Source: a virus. From it: DNA of 64,000 nucleotides. Location: IMG/VR virus record IMGVR_UViG_3300020048_000014, positions 1 to 64,000 of that record. One strand, written 5' to 3'. The notes beneath the pieces are model-generated. The model did not search any database. It saw only the letters and a list, made by a program, of their open reading frames with translations, and was not told the DNA's origin. Both the position numbers and the translations under genes were made by a program. Positions 1 through 9,124 of this stretch are shown piece after piece (position 1 is the first letter of the stretch; every line of letters begins with the position of its first letter).

Positions 1-122
1 GAACGCCAAAGAGCACGCACCCCTATCAGCGGGTGCGAGCGTCGATCACGAGGTTGATGTTGAAACTACAGGCGAGCATGTAAACAGGGCGGCTGATAGG
101 GGTTGCGTGTCTCGTCTTGTTC
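1..122 (-). mobile_element. attC-like hairpin A (truncated at window edge)
   Basis: GAAC...GTTC ends; gagcacgcacccctatcagc pairs with gctgataggggttgcgtgtctc, leaving two unpaired extra bases. Confidence 0.7.
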
Positions 123-167
123 TCCCCTCTTCATTCTCTTGGTTGGCGTGGATCGCTGCGTCATGGG

Positions 168-626
168 TCATCCTAGCTCCGTTCGTAGGTGGTCAAAGCT
201 ACTTCCAGACAATGGATACCCTCCGCTCCCTGTGGGTAAATTATCCAGTGACAATGGTCCTCCAGATGGCGGCAGTGGGAATTCTGTCGGCACGCTTACT
301 AGCCACCCGTCAGGAGGTTCAGGCGACGGACTCGTCGCCTGCTCGTAAACAAGATGACCAACATCAATGAATTGCTGCATGGTGATTGACGTAGCCTCGT
401 AAAGCGAGGGGAGCGGGAACCCGAAGCCGCACAACGTGATATAGAAACCCATAAACTGACCCAAAACGCTCTTGCTCCAAACGGTAAACTTACCCTTAAT
501 TATGCCCACCAAATCAAACTTAGTTCCGCCCGATGACTTCGGCTCGGACTCGCCAAATTCTAACTCAGCGTTATCTGGCATCTTGCCACCAATAGCGGAT
601 TCGATCTCTTCACGGGATGGTTTCAT
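168..626 (-). CDS. Cassette-like hypothetical protein (152 aa)
   Basis: ATG about 19 nt after the GTTC core of hairpin B on the minus strand; stops shortly before hairpin A, as a canonical cassette gene would. Confidence 0.55.
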   Translation of the reverse strand: MKPSREEIESAIGGKMPDNAELEFGESEPKSSGGTKFDLVGIIKGKFTVWSKSVLGQFMGFYITLCGFGFPLPSLYEATSITMQQFIDVGHLVYEQATSPSPEPPDGWLVSVPTEFPLPPSGGPLSLDNLPTGSGGYPLSGSSFDHLRTELG

Positions 627-644
627 AGGTGGAAATTTCTTGGA

Positions 645-725
645 GAACGATCAAGTGGTGGCACGCCGGAAATGAAGCTCGAACTCACCACAGACGTTAT
701 CGGCGTTGCCTCGCACGCCTTGTTC
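645..725 (-). mobile_element. attC-like hairpin B
   Basis: gaacgatcaagtggtggcacgccg ... cggcgttgcctcgcacgccttgttc imperfect inverted repeat with extra bases. Confidence 0.65.
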
Positions 726-971
726 GGCTCTTCTGTTTTGATTCGGAGGGGTGGACATGCCGCACCATCGCCGGGACAATTCCGATACGTGAGGGCGACA
801 TACATCGGAGCGCGAGGCCACCAAGTATGCTGCCGACTAGAGCAGGACGACCCGGATGCGTGCGTCGGATACTGCACCAAGAAAGGTGACGTGGGATGGT
901 GGGGACGCTCTATAATGTCTTTGCCGAACGTCAAAGTGCGCTCACCGCGCAAAATAATCGTTAATGATTAG
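672..971 (+). CDS. Hypothetical protein running from the loop of hairpin B to the loop of hairpin C
   Basis: 99-aa ORF with ATG start; start and stop lie in hairpin loops. Confidence 0.5.
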   Translation: MKLELTTDVIGVASHALFGSSVLIRRGGHAAPSPGQFRYVRATYIGARGHQVCCRLEQDDPDACVGYCTKKGDVGWWGRSIMSLPNVKVRSPRKIIVND

Positions 972-1014
972 TTAAAGAAAAAGCTTATGAGCGGTTGAGC
1001 GACACGTCTTGTTC
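923..1014 (-). mobile_element. attC-like hairpin C
   Basis: gccgaacgtcaaagtgcgctcaccgc ... gcggttgagcgacacgtcttgttc. Confidence 0.7.
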
Positions 1015-1035
1015 GTTTTTCTTTTTCTTTGATTC

Positions 1036-1293
1036 GTGAGAGTAAATAGGAATATGAAGGATGACAAATCGATATCAGCGGAGAAAACCTATGAAACTTA
1101 TCACGCAATACTAGGGCTTGTGGGAGAGTGGAATGATTCAGCAGAAAGAATATCCAAGCTGGGGAAATATGTCAATCGTGGAAGATGTCATGCAGCATCG
1201 GAGGCATATCGACAATGCGCGAAAGACTTGGCTCTAATCTTCAGTATTTTCGAGGTTCTTCAATATGACAATCAGATCACGATTGATGATTGA
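1036..1293 (+). CDS. Hypothetical protein (cassette C-D)
   Basis: 85-aa ORF with protein-like composition. Confidence 0.45.
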   Translation: MRVNRNMKDDKSISAEKTYETYHAILGLVGEWNDSAERISKLGKYVNRGRCHAASEAYRQCAKDLALIFSIFEVLQYDNQITIDD

Positions 1294-1495
1294 GTTCTGT
1301 GGAATTCTTTGTCTGTCATAATCACCATAACGTAAATATCCGCTTTCTCTCAACTCGTTCAAAGAGTCAATGAAAGAATTGTTCATGTGTAATGGCGCAA
1401 CCCATTTGGAATCACTTTGAAGTTTCTCTAATACTAATGTAGCGAAAAATGATAGCATATTGACTTTCTGGATGTGTGTGTTAAATTAAAGAGGT

Positions 1496-1783
1496 ATGAA
1501 TGATAATTTAAACGAACGTAAAAGCGCACCTACGGGTGTAAATGAATCAGAAAATGAAAATAAATTGAACAGCAATGACCTGTTAGGTGACGCGGCTTGT
1601 TCGGCTTCTTCATTAGATAATGTGCTTGATGCTTTGTCACATCAGCAGGAATTACCGATTGAGAGTCTTATGAGTAAAAGTCCAAATCAAGAAGAAGTTC
1701 TGAAAGAAATGACTAAGCGGTTACTAAGCTTAAAAGGATCTATTAATTCCTACTTCGAGCAATCAAAAGCCCCATTATCTTAA
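1496..1783 (+). CDS. Hypothetical protein reading through hairpin D
   Basis: ATG preceded by GAGG; 95 aa. Confidence 0.5.
   Translation: MNDNLNERKSAPTGVNESENENKLNSNDLLGDAACSASSLDNVLDALSHQQELPIESLMSKSPNQEEVLKEMTKRLLSLKGSINSYFEQSKAPLS
1514..1605 (-). mobile_element. attC-like hairpin D
   Basis: gaacgtaaaagcgcacctacgggt ... acctgttaggtgacgcggcttgttcggc. Confidence 0.72.
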
Positions 1784-1955
1784 ACTCATCATCAAATCTT
1801 TTCAATTCTTGGTCTTGATATTTTTGGACCGTTTCTTCATCACCAAGTTTGGAAATTAATTCTTCCCGATGTTCGGATGAAAGATCTTTAACTAATTTGA
1901 GGTATTAATCTATTATTACTTGCAATTCTTGTAGTAAATCTGAAGTGGTTTTCAT
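1743..1955 (-). pseudogene. Cassette-like ORF with in-frame TAA at 1905-1907
   Basis: MKTTSDLLQELQVIID*YLKLVKDLSSEHREELISKLGDEE...RSRN*; starts about 25 nt after hairpin E on the minus strand. Confidence 0.5.
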
Positions 1956-1980
1956 ATTTCTCTTTCTTAAAATTTTCTTT

Positions 1981-2072
1981 GCCGAATGTAAAAGCGCACC
2001 TACGGGTGCAAATGAACAAGAAAATGAAATGAACAAGGAAGCTTCTGACCCGTTAGGTGGCGCGGCTTGTTC
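1981..2072 (-). mobile_element. attC-like hairpin E (close relative of D)
   Basis: gccgaatgtaaaagcgcacctacgggt ... acccgttaggtggcgcggcttgttc. Confidence 0.72.
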
Positions 2073-2133
2073 TGATTAAATAATGTTGAATAGATCAACT
2101 CTAGCTTGACCTATAATACAAAATCAAAACAAT

Positions 2134-2334
2134 ATGGACACATTTAAAAAATTTTTCAAAAAAGTTAATCCAGATATTGACTATGATCCAACTCAGCTTG
2201 AGATAGGTATTGGTGAGGAAATGGAACACACCAATAACCGGAAGGTTGCCGAGACTATTGCGAAACATCATCTAGCATCCAATCCACATTATTATTCCGA
2301 GTTAAAGAAAATGGAAAAGAAATTTGATAAATGA
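2134..2334 (+). CDS. Small conserved phage protein (DUF5661-like)
   Basis: GxxEExEHT...IAxxHL...YY pattern. Confidence 0.6.
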   Translation: MDTFKKFFKKVNPDIDYDPTQLEIGIGEEMEHTNNRKVAETIAKHHLASNPHYYSELKKMEKKFDK

Positions 2335-2478
2335 AAAAACGAATACTTGATTTTAGCTCAGATGAGCAGAGAACTATTATGTTGGACATTTGTAATCGCA
2401 TTTATATGGCTAGAAATATCACTTTATCTGAAGAAACTATTTTAGACGAGTTGAAAAAAATCGATTGCCTTTTCAGAA

Positions 2479-3144
2479 ATGGTGGGTATAATGATGAAGA
2501 TGAATGTTGAACTAATGACCTACTTCGGGTCCGACTTAATGGTAGTAAATGTGGCAAAGGTTTCCTATAATAAGGAAAGTGAAGCAATGGGGAACAAAGA
2601 AGAGAGACTTCTCAAATACTTAGCGGATCATAAACATACCACACCGTTCAGACACCCACAATTACAATTCAGAATTGAATGCCCAATTTTTGTAGAACGT
2701 CAATTATTCACTCACCAAATTGGATGGGCTAGAAATAGTATCAGCGGAAGATATGTTGATTTTTCTGACTCATACTGGTATCCAGAAAAATTTCGATATC
2801 AATCGAAAGATAGTAAACAAGGGAGTTCTGGTGAATTATCAGATAAAGATAATGAATATTTTCGAGTAAAATACGCTGTTGTTTTAGAACAATGTAAGGC
2901 ATTATATACAGAGATGGCAGAGTTTGGAATAGCGAAAGAGTTATGTCGAGCACACCTACCACTGGCTCTTGAAACTAAGTTTATCTGGACTGGTAGTTTT
3001 CACGCATTTACCCATCTATGTAATCTGAGAATTAAGCCAGAAGCTCAAAAAGAAACTAGAGATCTGGTGGCAGGAATGTTACAAGCTGTAAAAGATATAC
3101 CGGAAAATCCTTTCAAATATTCCCTAGAAGCATTTAAATTATGA
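2479..3144 (+). CDS. thyX: FAD-dependent thymidylate synthase (true start probably a later Met)
   Basis: HTTPFRH, CPIFVERQL, variant ThyX motif FTHQ...NSISGRY, ELCRAHLP. Confidence 0.9.
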   Translation: MVGIMMKMNVELMTYFGSDLMVVNVAKVSYNKESEAMGNKEERLLKYLADHKHTTPFRHPQLQFRIECPIFVERQLFTHQIGWARNSISGRYVDFSDSYWYPEKFRYQSKDSKQGSSGELSDKDNEYFRVKYAVVLEQCKALYTEMAEFGIAKELCRAHLPLALETKFIWTGSFHAFTHLCNLRIKPEAQKETRDLVAGMLQAVKDIPENPFKYSLEAFKL

Positions 3145-3557
3145 ATAAAAAATTTAGAGCATTTTATAAACCAGATTTAGATACTCCTGATGGAGCTTTG
3201 AAATTTGAACAGATGGTCATTGAAGATGAGTTATTATTTGTATATGATTCGGATATCTGGTATTCTTTTGAAATACCATTCTTAGATGATGATTGGGTAG
3301 TTCAACAGTATCTGGGATTCCAAGACGATAATGGTGTTGATGTTTATGAGGGGGATATTGTGGAATACAGAAGTTGGGATAATGAATGGGAAAAACTTTC
3401 AGCAATAAATAAAGATGTTGTCGAATTTAATAACGGAAACGTCTATCCCAAACCTTATCATAATGATTGTGATGATGGATTCTATTCTCATGGCATAGAT
3501 CAATATAAAATCATTGGAAATATATTCGAGAATCCAAAATTGCTTGACAAAAAATAA
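3141..3557 (+). CDS. YopX-family protein
   Basis: KFRAF...QQYLG..D.NG..VYEGDIV...IIGNIFENPKLL. Confidence 0.85.
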   Translation: MNKKFRAFYKPDLDTPDGALKFEQMVIEDELLFVYDSDIWYSFEIPFLDDDWVVQQYLGFQDDNGVDVYEGDIVEYRSWDNEWEKLSAINKDVVEFNNGNVYPKPYHNDCDDGFYSHGIDQYKIIGNIFENPKLLDKK

Positions 3558-3580
3558 CTATTCTACTAAATATAGATACT

Positions 3581-3787
3581 ATGATTGGTGATATTGTTCG
3601 CGTATCGGAAAACGCTGTGCGTTTATGTTGTAATAAAAAAAATTGTCCTACTGTAACAGATCTGGGAAATGGAACAGTTGAGATTGTCGATGACTATGGA
3701 AACAAAGTCATAATGAAAAAAGAAGAAGCTCTTCTTTTATCCGATGGTGTTAAAACCTTAAACGGAGAAAAATTACTTCTTGGCTAA
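3581..3787 (+). CDS. Hypothetical protein (CCxxxxCP)
   Basis: ORF after TAAATA motif. Confidence 0.7.
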   Translation: MIGDIVRVSENAVRLCCNKKNCPTVTDLGNGTVEIVDDYGNKVIMKKEEALLLSDGVKTLNGEKLLLG

Positions 3788-4070
3788 TTTATTATTACTC
3801 TCTGGTTCCATGATTGGACTGTGTTTGATTATAAAATACAGCACGATACTGAATGTTCCTAGACTTCACCTAACTAAAGTAAACTTTTTTAAAGAATTAA
3901 TATCATGCGCTCAATGTTTAGGATTTTGGATAGGACTCATATATGGTTATATATGGACAGACTCAGTTTTGGTTTCCTTGCTATTAGCATTTTACTCTTC
4001 CTTCATATGTTGGTTGGCTGACCATATTATGATGGTAATTTGGAAGTATCTGTATCCCGATGAAGAGTGA
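3780..4070 (+). CDS. Small membrane protein with CxxCxGFW motif (DUF1360-like)
   Basis: Hydrophobic segments, SCAQCLGFWIG. Confidence 0.6.
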   Translation: MANLLLLSGSMIGLCLIIKYSTILNVPRLHLTKVNFFKELISCAQCLGFWIGLIYGYIWTDSVLVSLLLAFYSSFICWLADHIMMVIWKYLYPDEE

Positions 4071-4271
4071 ATGTCATTGTGTAGCTGAAAAAGTTGCAAC
4101 TATATCAGTTGCTGAATATAATAATGATAATCAGCTCGAAGTTTCATATATATAGAGGTCTGCGAAAATTGCAAGAAATGGTATGAAAATTTAGGTTTGG
4201 GATTAACTGATGATAAAATTAAAAAATATTTCGGTTAATATTTTTTAATTAATGAATTATTAAATAACTTT

Positions 4272-6476
4272 ATGTTAAAGTTTAAAGATTTACATATGAA
4301 ATTACTTTCCGAGAAGTTTTATACTTATAAAATGCCGGATAATAAATCTCTTACTATGTATGATTTTTATGTATTGGATTATCTGAAGTCTATTCTAGAT
4401 TGGCCATCGAAAAATTTTAGAGATCTCCCAACGGATCTTGTCGATAGTGTGAACAATGCCGTTCAAAATCTTTATCCTGCACTTAGACAGGAATTACTCG
4501 ATGTTGTTTTTTATGCGGTGTGTGCTGAGATCAGGTATGCGGAGAATAGTGGTCGGAAGGATCATAATAGACGGATAGCTAAATCGAATCCTAAGTTTGA
4601 GAAACTGTATAAACTGTGGGCAAAATATCAAAACTTTCACGGAAAGAGCCTTAGCCAACGCGAGGAGTTGACAGATATTTATGATATTAGAAAACCATCA
4701 GCTAAAAAAAGAACCCCACAATCTGAAAAAAATAACAATGAGGCGAGGAACTTATCTTATAAGGGTGCTCAGTATGCTATAGAAAAATCTGGATATTCAC
4801 ATGCAGATTTCATGGAGATGTGTGAAGAGCTATATAATGAAGGATCATGGGATAGTTCTTATGGTGGAAATGCATGGGGAAATATTTGTAGAGGATGGCT
4901 AGATTTAAACTCTGCCGATAAGATAGATCCAAATGTTAAAGAGGTGAAGGAAGTCGATTACGGTGCTGGGCGTAAGGATGAGGATGGAAATGAAATAAAG
5001 TCATCTAAGAAATCAGATACTAAACCGACGAAGGCTGCTAAAAAACCGATGAGTGTGGCAATCGATCACATTTACGATTTACAACACAATACAGATACAG
5101 TTTTCAATAAACTTAAATCATATTATAAAGGCGGGTATCGGTGGATTAAAACGGCACTCGACGACAAAGCTAATGTTAAGAGTTACCACAATCTTTTAAG
5201 TAAAGCTTCTGGGACTGTAAAGGCAATGGCTTTACCTGTTCTATACAATAAGTTGGGACAAACATGGGAAAAAGAAATGAATGTTCAAAAGCCCGTGGAC
5301 ACTCATCCACAAGTGACATCTATGGAAGATGCCTTCGCCCAAGTTAGTGGTAATAGTGTTGATGATATTAAGATCGGGGATCATTTTCAAAAAAGTCACA
5401 GCACCGAAACTTATATAATAATAACCAATGTTGGAACTAGTCACCTAAACTACGATCTCTATAAAAAACGTAAATTGGTCGATGATGGTTATAATATAAC
5501 AAAAATTGAATTTGACAACGTATTAAAAAATGGTAGTTGGAAAAAAATCCCCGCTCCCAAATTGTCCGATAGCCAACCAAAAGTAAGTCATGTGGGGGCT
5601 AAGGTTGGAGATATTTTAATACCCGGTGGGACTAATAGTAGTAGTCGGGCGATTCTTACAATTAAAAAAATTACTAGTGATTCGTATATATATGATATAT
5701 TTAAAAAGGGAGAATTGGTGGAATCAGACTATGCGTATGATAAAAGCTATATTGATTCCATGATTAAAAGTGGAGATTATAAAATAAAACGTAATGAAAA
5801 ATCAAAAACGGATACATCCTTAAAGGTCGGGGATATATTCATGGATGCAAAGAGAAAATCTTCTTTAAATAATAAAGCTACTAAAGCTACTTACGTAATT
5901 ACCAAAGTTACTCCAACCACTTATATATATGATATTTTTGAAAAAGGTAAAAAAGTAGTATCCAATTTTGACGCCAGTAAACCATATATAGATATGTCTA
6001 TACAAAAAGGAGTATATCTTATTAAGAACGACACAACCCCAATAGTAAAATCTCCAAGAATTACCTCGCAAACTTATAGAGTTAACATCAATGATAGTGT
6101 TGAATGTATTGATGATAGTTTTGTTCCTCATGGTTCTAAATTAGCCATGGGTAAAGTGTATAAAGTTACAGAACACAGTAAAACAACCATTCAGGTGGTA
6201 GATGATGTTGGAAATAAAAAATGGTTTAGAAAAAATAGATTTGAGCCAGTAAAATTACCACAACCAATCGCAAAAAATTCTTCAAAATTTAAAGTTGGTG
6301 ATTGGGTAATTGTTTATGGGGCAACAGAAAATTATCCCGGACAGATTATAAAATCTGGTAAATCACATGATGACTGGGATAAAAGATTTTATTTAGTCAA
6401 ATTTCAAAATCAATCATTAGGGGAACGGGAACAATGGTTCACCTCAAATGCATTGAAACTTGATGACCAAATATGA
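4272..6476 (+). CDS. Large hypothetical protein with internal repeats, possible virion protein
   Basis: 734 aa; three K(V/I)GD...YD(I/L) repeats and two short beta-rich C-terminal domains. Confidence 0.85.
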   Translation: MLKFKDLHMKLLSEKFYTYKMPDNKSLTMYDFYVLDYLKSILDWPSKNFRDLPTDLVDSVNNAVQNLYPALRQELLDVVFYAVCAEIRYAENSGRKDHNRRIAKSNPKFEKLYKLWAKYQNFHGKSLSQREELTDIYDIRKPSAKKRTPQSEKNNNEARNLSYKGAQYAIEKSGYSHADFMEMCEELYNEGSWDSSYGGNAWGNICRGWLDLNSADKIDPNVKEVKEVDYGAGRKDEDGNEIKSSKKSDTKPTKAAKKPMSVAIDHIYDLQHNTDTVFNKLKSYYKGGYRWIKTALDDKANVKSYHNLLSKASGTVKAMALPVLYNKLGQTWEKEMNVQKPVDTHPQVTSMEDAFAQVSGNSVDDIKIGDHFQKSHSTETYIIITNVGTSHLNYDLYKKRKLVDDGYNITKIEFDNVLKNGSWKKIPAPKLSDSQPKVSHVGAKVGDILIPGGTNSSSRAILTIKKITSDSYIYDIFKKGELVESDYAYDKSYIDSMIKSGDYKIKRNEKSKTDTSLKVGDIFMDAKRKSSLNNKATKATYVITKVTPTTYIYDIFEKGKKVVSNFDASKPYIDMSIQKGVYLIKNDTTPIVKSPRITSQTYRVNINDSVECIDDSFVPHGSKLAMGKVYKVTEHSKTTIQVVDDVGNKKWFRKNRFEPVKLPQPIAKNSSKFKVGDWVIVYGATENYPGQIIKSGKSHDDWDKRFYLVKFQNQSLGEREQWFTSNALKLDDQI

Positions 6477-6517
6477 TTCAAATATATCTACGATATCGAC
6501 AAAATAATATAAATTTT

Positions 6518-7168
6518 TTAATTCTTAGCGTAATAATCAAGCCAAACTTGATCAGATAATCCAAAATCAATAAGGACTATAGTGGGAACACCATTTCGAA
6601 GAACTTCGCCATATGTATTAGCTCTAGTAAAATCTCCGGGAAATGTCATATCGAAATTTTGAATCATATCCCATAACTGTCCTACAAATTCTTGATTATT
6701 GAAATATTCAATTTGTTCCGGTGATATTTTAACATCGTATCTACTTTTCTTATGTAAGAAAGCTAAATGTTTAAAATGTAAATCTAAATCTTGAAGACTA
6801 AATCCCAGTAGTTGTTTAAACCTATTCGGATTAATTTTCTTGGCTAGTTCCATTTCAAGATAAAATGGCCCTTCATCTTTAATAGTGTCGCCAATTTTAA
6901 ATACCTTCGCTACTATATCACCATACCATTGTTGGATAGTGTAATCTTTTTCTGTGCTGTTCTGTGCCAATCCTTTAATATTTTTAGCAACTTTTAAAAC
7001 TTTTTCATCATCTATTTTAAAAATGACTCGGGATGAACCAGATGCCATCCTTTGAAGATGTTGGGTAGCATATTTGATCTTTCCTCCATACGATGGAATA
7101 GAATCAAACTCTTCAAAAGAGAATGAAACAGGATAAGCCATTTCGCATAATTTTTGGAAAGACATCAT
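6518..7168 (-). CDS. Protein-kinase-like fold protein
   Basis: GSSRVIF, VLKVAK, D...NTYG and LIDFGL resemble kinase subdomains. Confidence 0.55.
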   Translation of the reverse strand: MMSFQKLCEMAYPVSFSFEEFDSIPSYGGKIKYATQHLQRMASGSSRVIFKIDDEKVLKVAKNIKGLAQNSTEKDYTIQQWYGDIVAKVFKIGDTIKDEGPFYLEMELAKKINPNRFKQLLGFSLQDLDLHFKHLAFLHKKSRYDVKISPEQIEYFNNQEFVGQLWDMIQNFDMTFPGDFTRANTYGEVLRNGVPTIVLIDFGLSDQVWLDYYAKN

Positions 7169-7177
7169 ATAATATAT

Positions 7178-7540
7178 TTAATCAAGCTTAATACTATTAG
7201 GCTTGATAGTCTTCACATACATTTCACCATACGCTTCTAATTCACCAGTAATGAATTGAAATTGTCTCTGAGATAAAGAATCCAGATTTCGTAACTTAGC
7301 ATATGCTATTTTATACTTTTCTTTTAATAGATCATCCCTATCGTCTTTGTCAGCTATCATCAAACCTTCAGCATAAGGCTTGACCTTACCAGCAAAGTGA
7401 AAACCTGTCAAAATGGCATAACCTCCTTTTTGTTCAGCGGCACGTTGAATCTTAAGAGCACCAGCCGCCCTACTCTTGACAAACTTAATAAAGTCGTCCT
7501 TAAAACCTAAAACTTTTTCCAAAAGAGTTTGAAATTTCAT
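7178..7540 (-). CDS. Hypothetical protein, putative internal head protein
   Basis: MKFQTLLEK N-terminus; TAAATA upstream. Confidence 0.7.
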   Translation of the reverse strand: MKFQTLLEKVLGFKDDFIKFVKSRAAGALKIQRAAEQKGGYAILTGFHFAGKVKPYAEGLMIADKDDRDDLLKEKYKIAYAKLRNLDSLSQRQFQFITGELEAYGEMYVKTIKPNSIKLD

Positions 7541-7581
7541 ATATGTATTTATTTCTCAAATCGTAAAATCCAGTAATAACT

Positions 7582-7944
7582 TTACCTTTCACTATTTGCT
7601 TTCTTCACATATGCAAGAAATTCTTCTGGACTGAAAATATGTTGATCAGGAATATTATCCATAATAGAAGAACTATCAAAGTCATCTTCTGTATCATCTT
7701 CTAAATCATATCGAGTTATATCGACATTTCCCGCATCATCTTCATCATAACTCCAATTGTAATTTAAAAAATTCCAAATTACTCCTTCTATTTCATAATC
7801 ATCCGCATCATCTCCTTCACGCACTTCCCCATATTTCCTGAATATTTCTAAGGCGTCTCTTTTATAAGAGTTTCCAAAATTATGAGTAATCATATTGGTG
7901 ATTTCCATATATAACGATTCTAAAATAATTTGATCCTTATTCAT
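7582..7944 (-). CDS. Acidic hypothetical protein
   Basis: 120-aa ORF, TAAATA upstream. Confidence 0.75.
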   Translation of the reverse strand: MNKDQIILESLYMEITNMITHNFGNSYKRDALEIFRKYGEVREGDDADDYEIEGVIWNFLNYNWSYDEDDAGNVDITRYDLEDDTEDDFDSSSIMDNIPDQHIFSPEEFLAYVKKANSER

Positions 7945-7970
7945 ATTTGTATTTAATGCGACATATCTAA

Positions 7971-8444
7971 TTAATACAACTCATTCTGCATACCCAATAA
8001 ATAATCACTATCCAACTCTTGTATTATCTTGGAAGATTTTACAATTGCAGGATTGATTATAATAATAGAAAGATTATTGTTTCTAATATCCCCCTCACCA
8101 GTATTCTTATAAAAAGCAAGATCATACTGCCCCAAATCTTTAACGTAATCATAACCGTGATCAGAACCATCATCCGGTAACAAAGTAGGATAAATGTTAC
8201 CAACTTTCACAATCAATTCATATAAGTAATAGGTATCGTATTTTTCCTCATCGTTAATCATATAGTCCGCTCTAATCAAAGCTTGCTGTTTGGTGCCAGC
8301 ATGAGATCCAGATGTATAATCATTTTTATTAGGCCTAGCGGAAGATCTATAAACTTTAAGGTATTCGGAATTTTCCAAATCTTCAAAAGCAGTTGTTGGC
8401 GATAGTTCTATTATCTTATAAAAGAATTCAGAAAAATTTGGCAT
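7971..8444 (-). CDS. Hypothetical protein
   Basis: 157-aa ORF, MPNFSEFF N-terminus, TAAATA upstream. Confidence 0.75.
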   Translation of the reverse strand: MPNFSEFFYKIIELSPTTAFEDLENSEYLKVYRSSARPNKNDYTSGSHAGTKQQALIRADYMINDEEKYDTYYLYELIVKVGNIYPTLLPDDGSDHGYDYVKDLGQYDLAFYKNTGEGDIRNNNLSIIIINPAIVKSSKIIQELDSDYLLGMQNELY

Positions 8445-8538
8445 ATAAATATTTAATTACTTACTGATTATAATGTATGATACTTGTGACATTAAGACAG
8501 TTAGTGTAGTGTATATAATACATTAATTTTTTCTTGGG

Positions 8539-8664
8539 GGATTTTAAGAGATTTTTATTAAAAAAATATTTTTGATATAGGTAGGATTTTAAGGAAATTT
8601 TATTAAAAAAATATTTTTGATATAGGTAGGATTTTAAGGAAATTTTATTAAAAAAAATATTTTT
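8539..8664. repeat. AT-rich 45-bp direct repeat, about 2.8 copies
   Basis: ggattttaag recurs at 8539, 8584 and 8629. Confidence 0.9.
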
Positions 8665-8701
8665 CCATGGCGGGGGGTCTAAAAAAATCTAACAGCCCCC
8701 T

Positions 8702-8807
8702 CTAACCAATTCCTAACAGGAACCTGATAGATCCCTATCAGGAACCTATCAGCTCCCTGACAGAACCTTGTTAGGAAACTGTCAGGGATCTGTCAGTGAT
8801 CGGTTAG
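8702..8807. repeat. Ten heptamers (CTRNYAG-like) in exact 11-bp phase
   Basis: ctaacca, ctaacag, ctgatag, ctatcag, ctatcag, ctgacag, ttgttag, ctgtcag, ctgtcag, cggttag, each separated by 4 nt. Confidence 0.85.
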
Positions 8808-9001
8808 GCCGGAAGCTTTTCCGCTTTTCCGCTGGCCGCCCGGATCTCTTCCGCCGTAAACGGGGAGGTGACTAAGCTCTTGAAGATGTTCAGGAGGTCT
8901 GAAACATCCGACTCTTGAGCCGCTTGCTTGGCTTGCAAAGCCCGGAGGGACTGGCGGGTAAAGGCTCTAATAAATTTCGGATTGCTGGTCATGGTCGTCA
9001 T
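8804..9001 (-). CDS. Hypothetical protein (GC-rich)
   Basis: 65-aa ATG ORF. Confidence 0.65.
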   Translation of the reverse strand: MTTMTSNPKFIRAFTRQSLRALQAKQAAQESDVSDLLNIFKSLVTSPFTAEEIRAASGKAEKLPA

Positions 9002-9124
9002 GGTAATTTATGGTGTATTGATTGGAGTCTTTCACTCCCGGCGGCCCCTAGGATGCACCTAGGAGCCGCCGGGAACGCCGCCCCCTATCCCGGTGAAGGA
9101 ATAGGGGGCGGACCCCTCAGAAGG

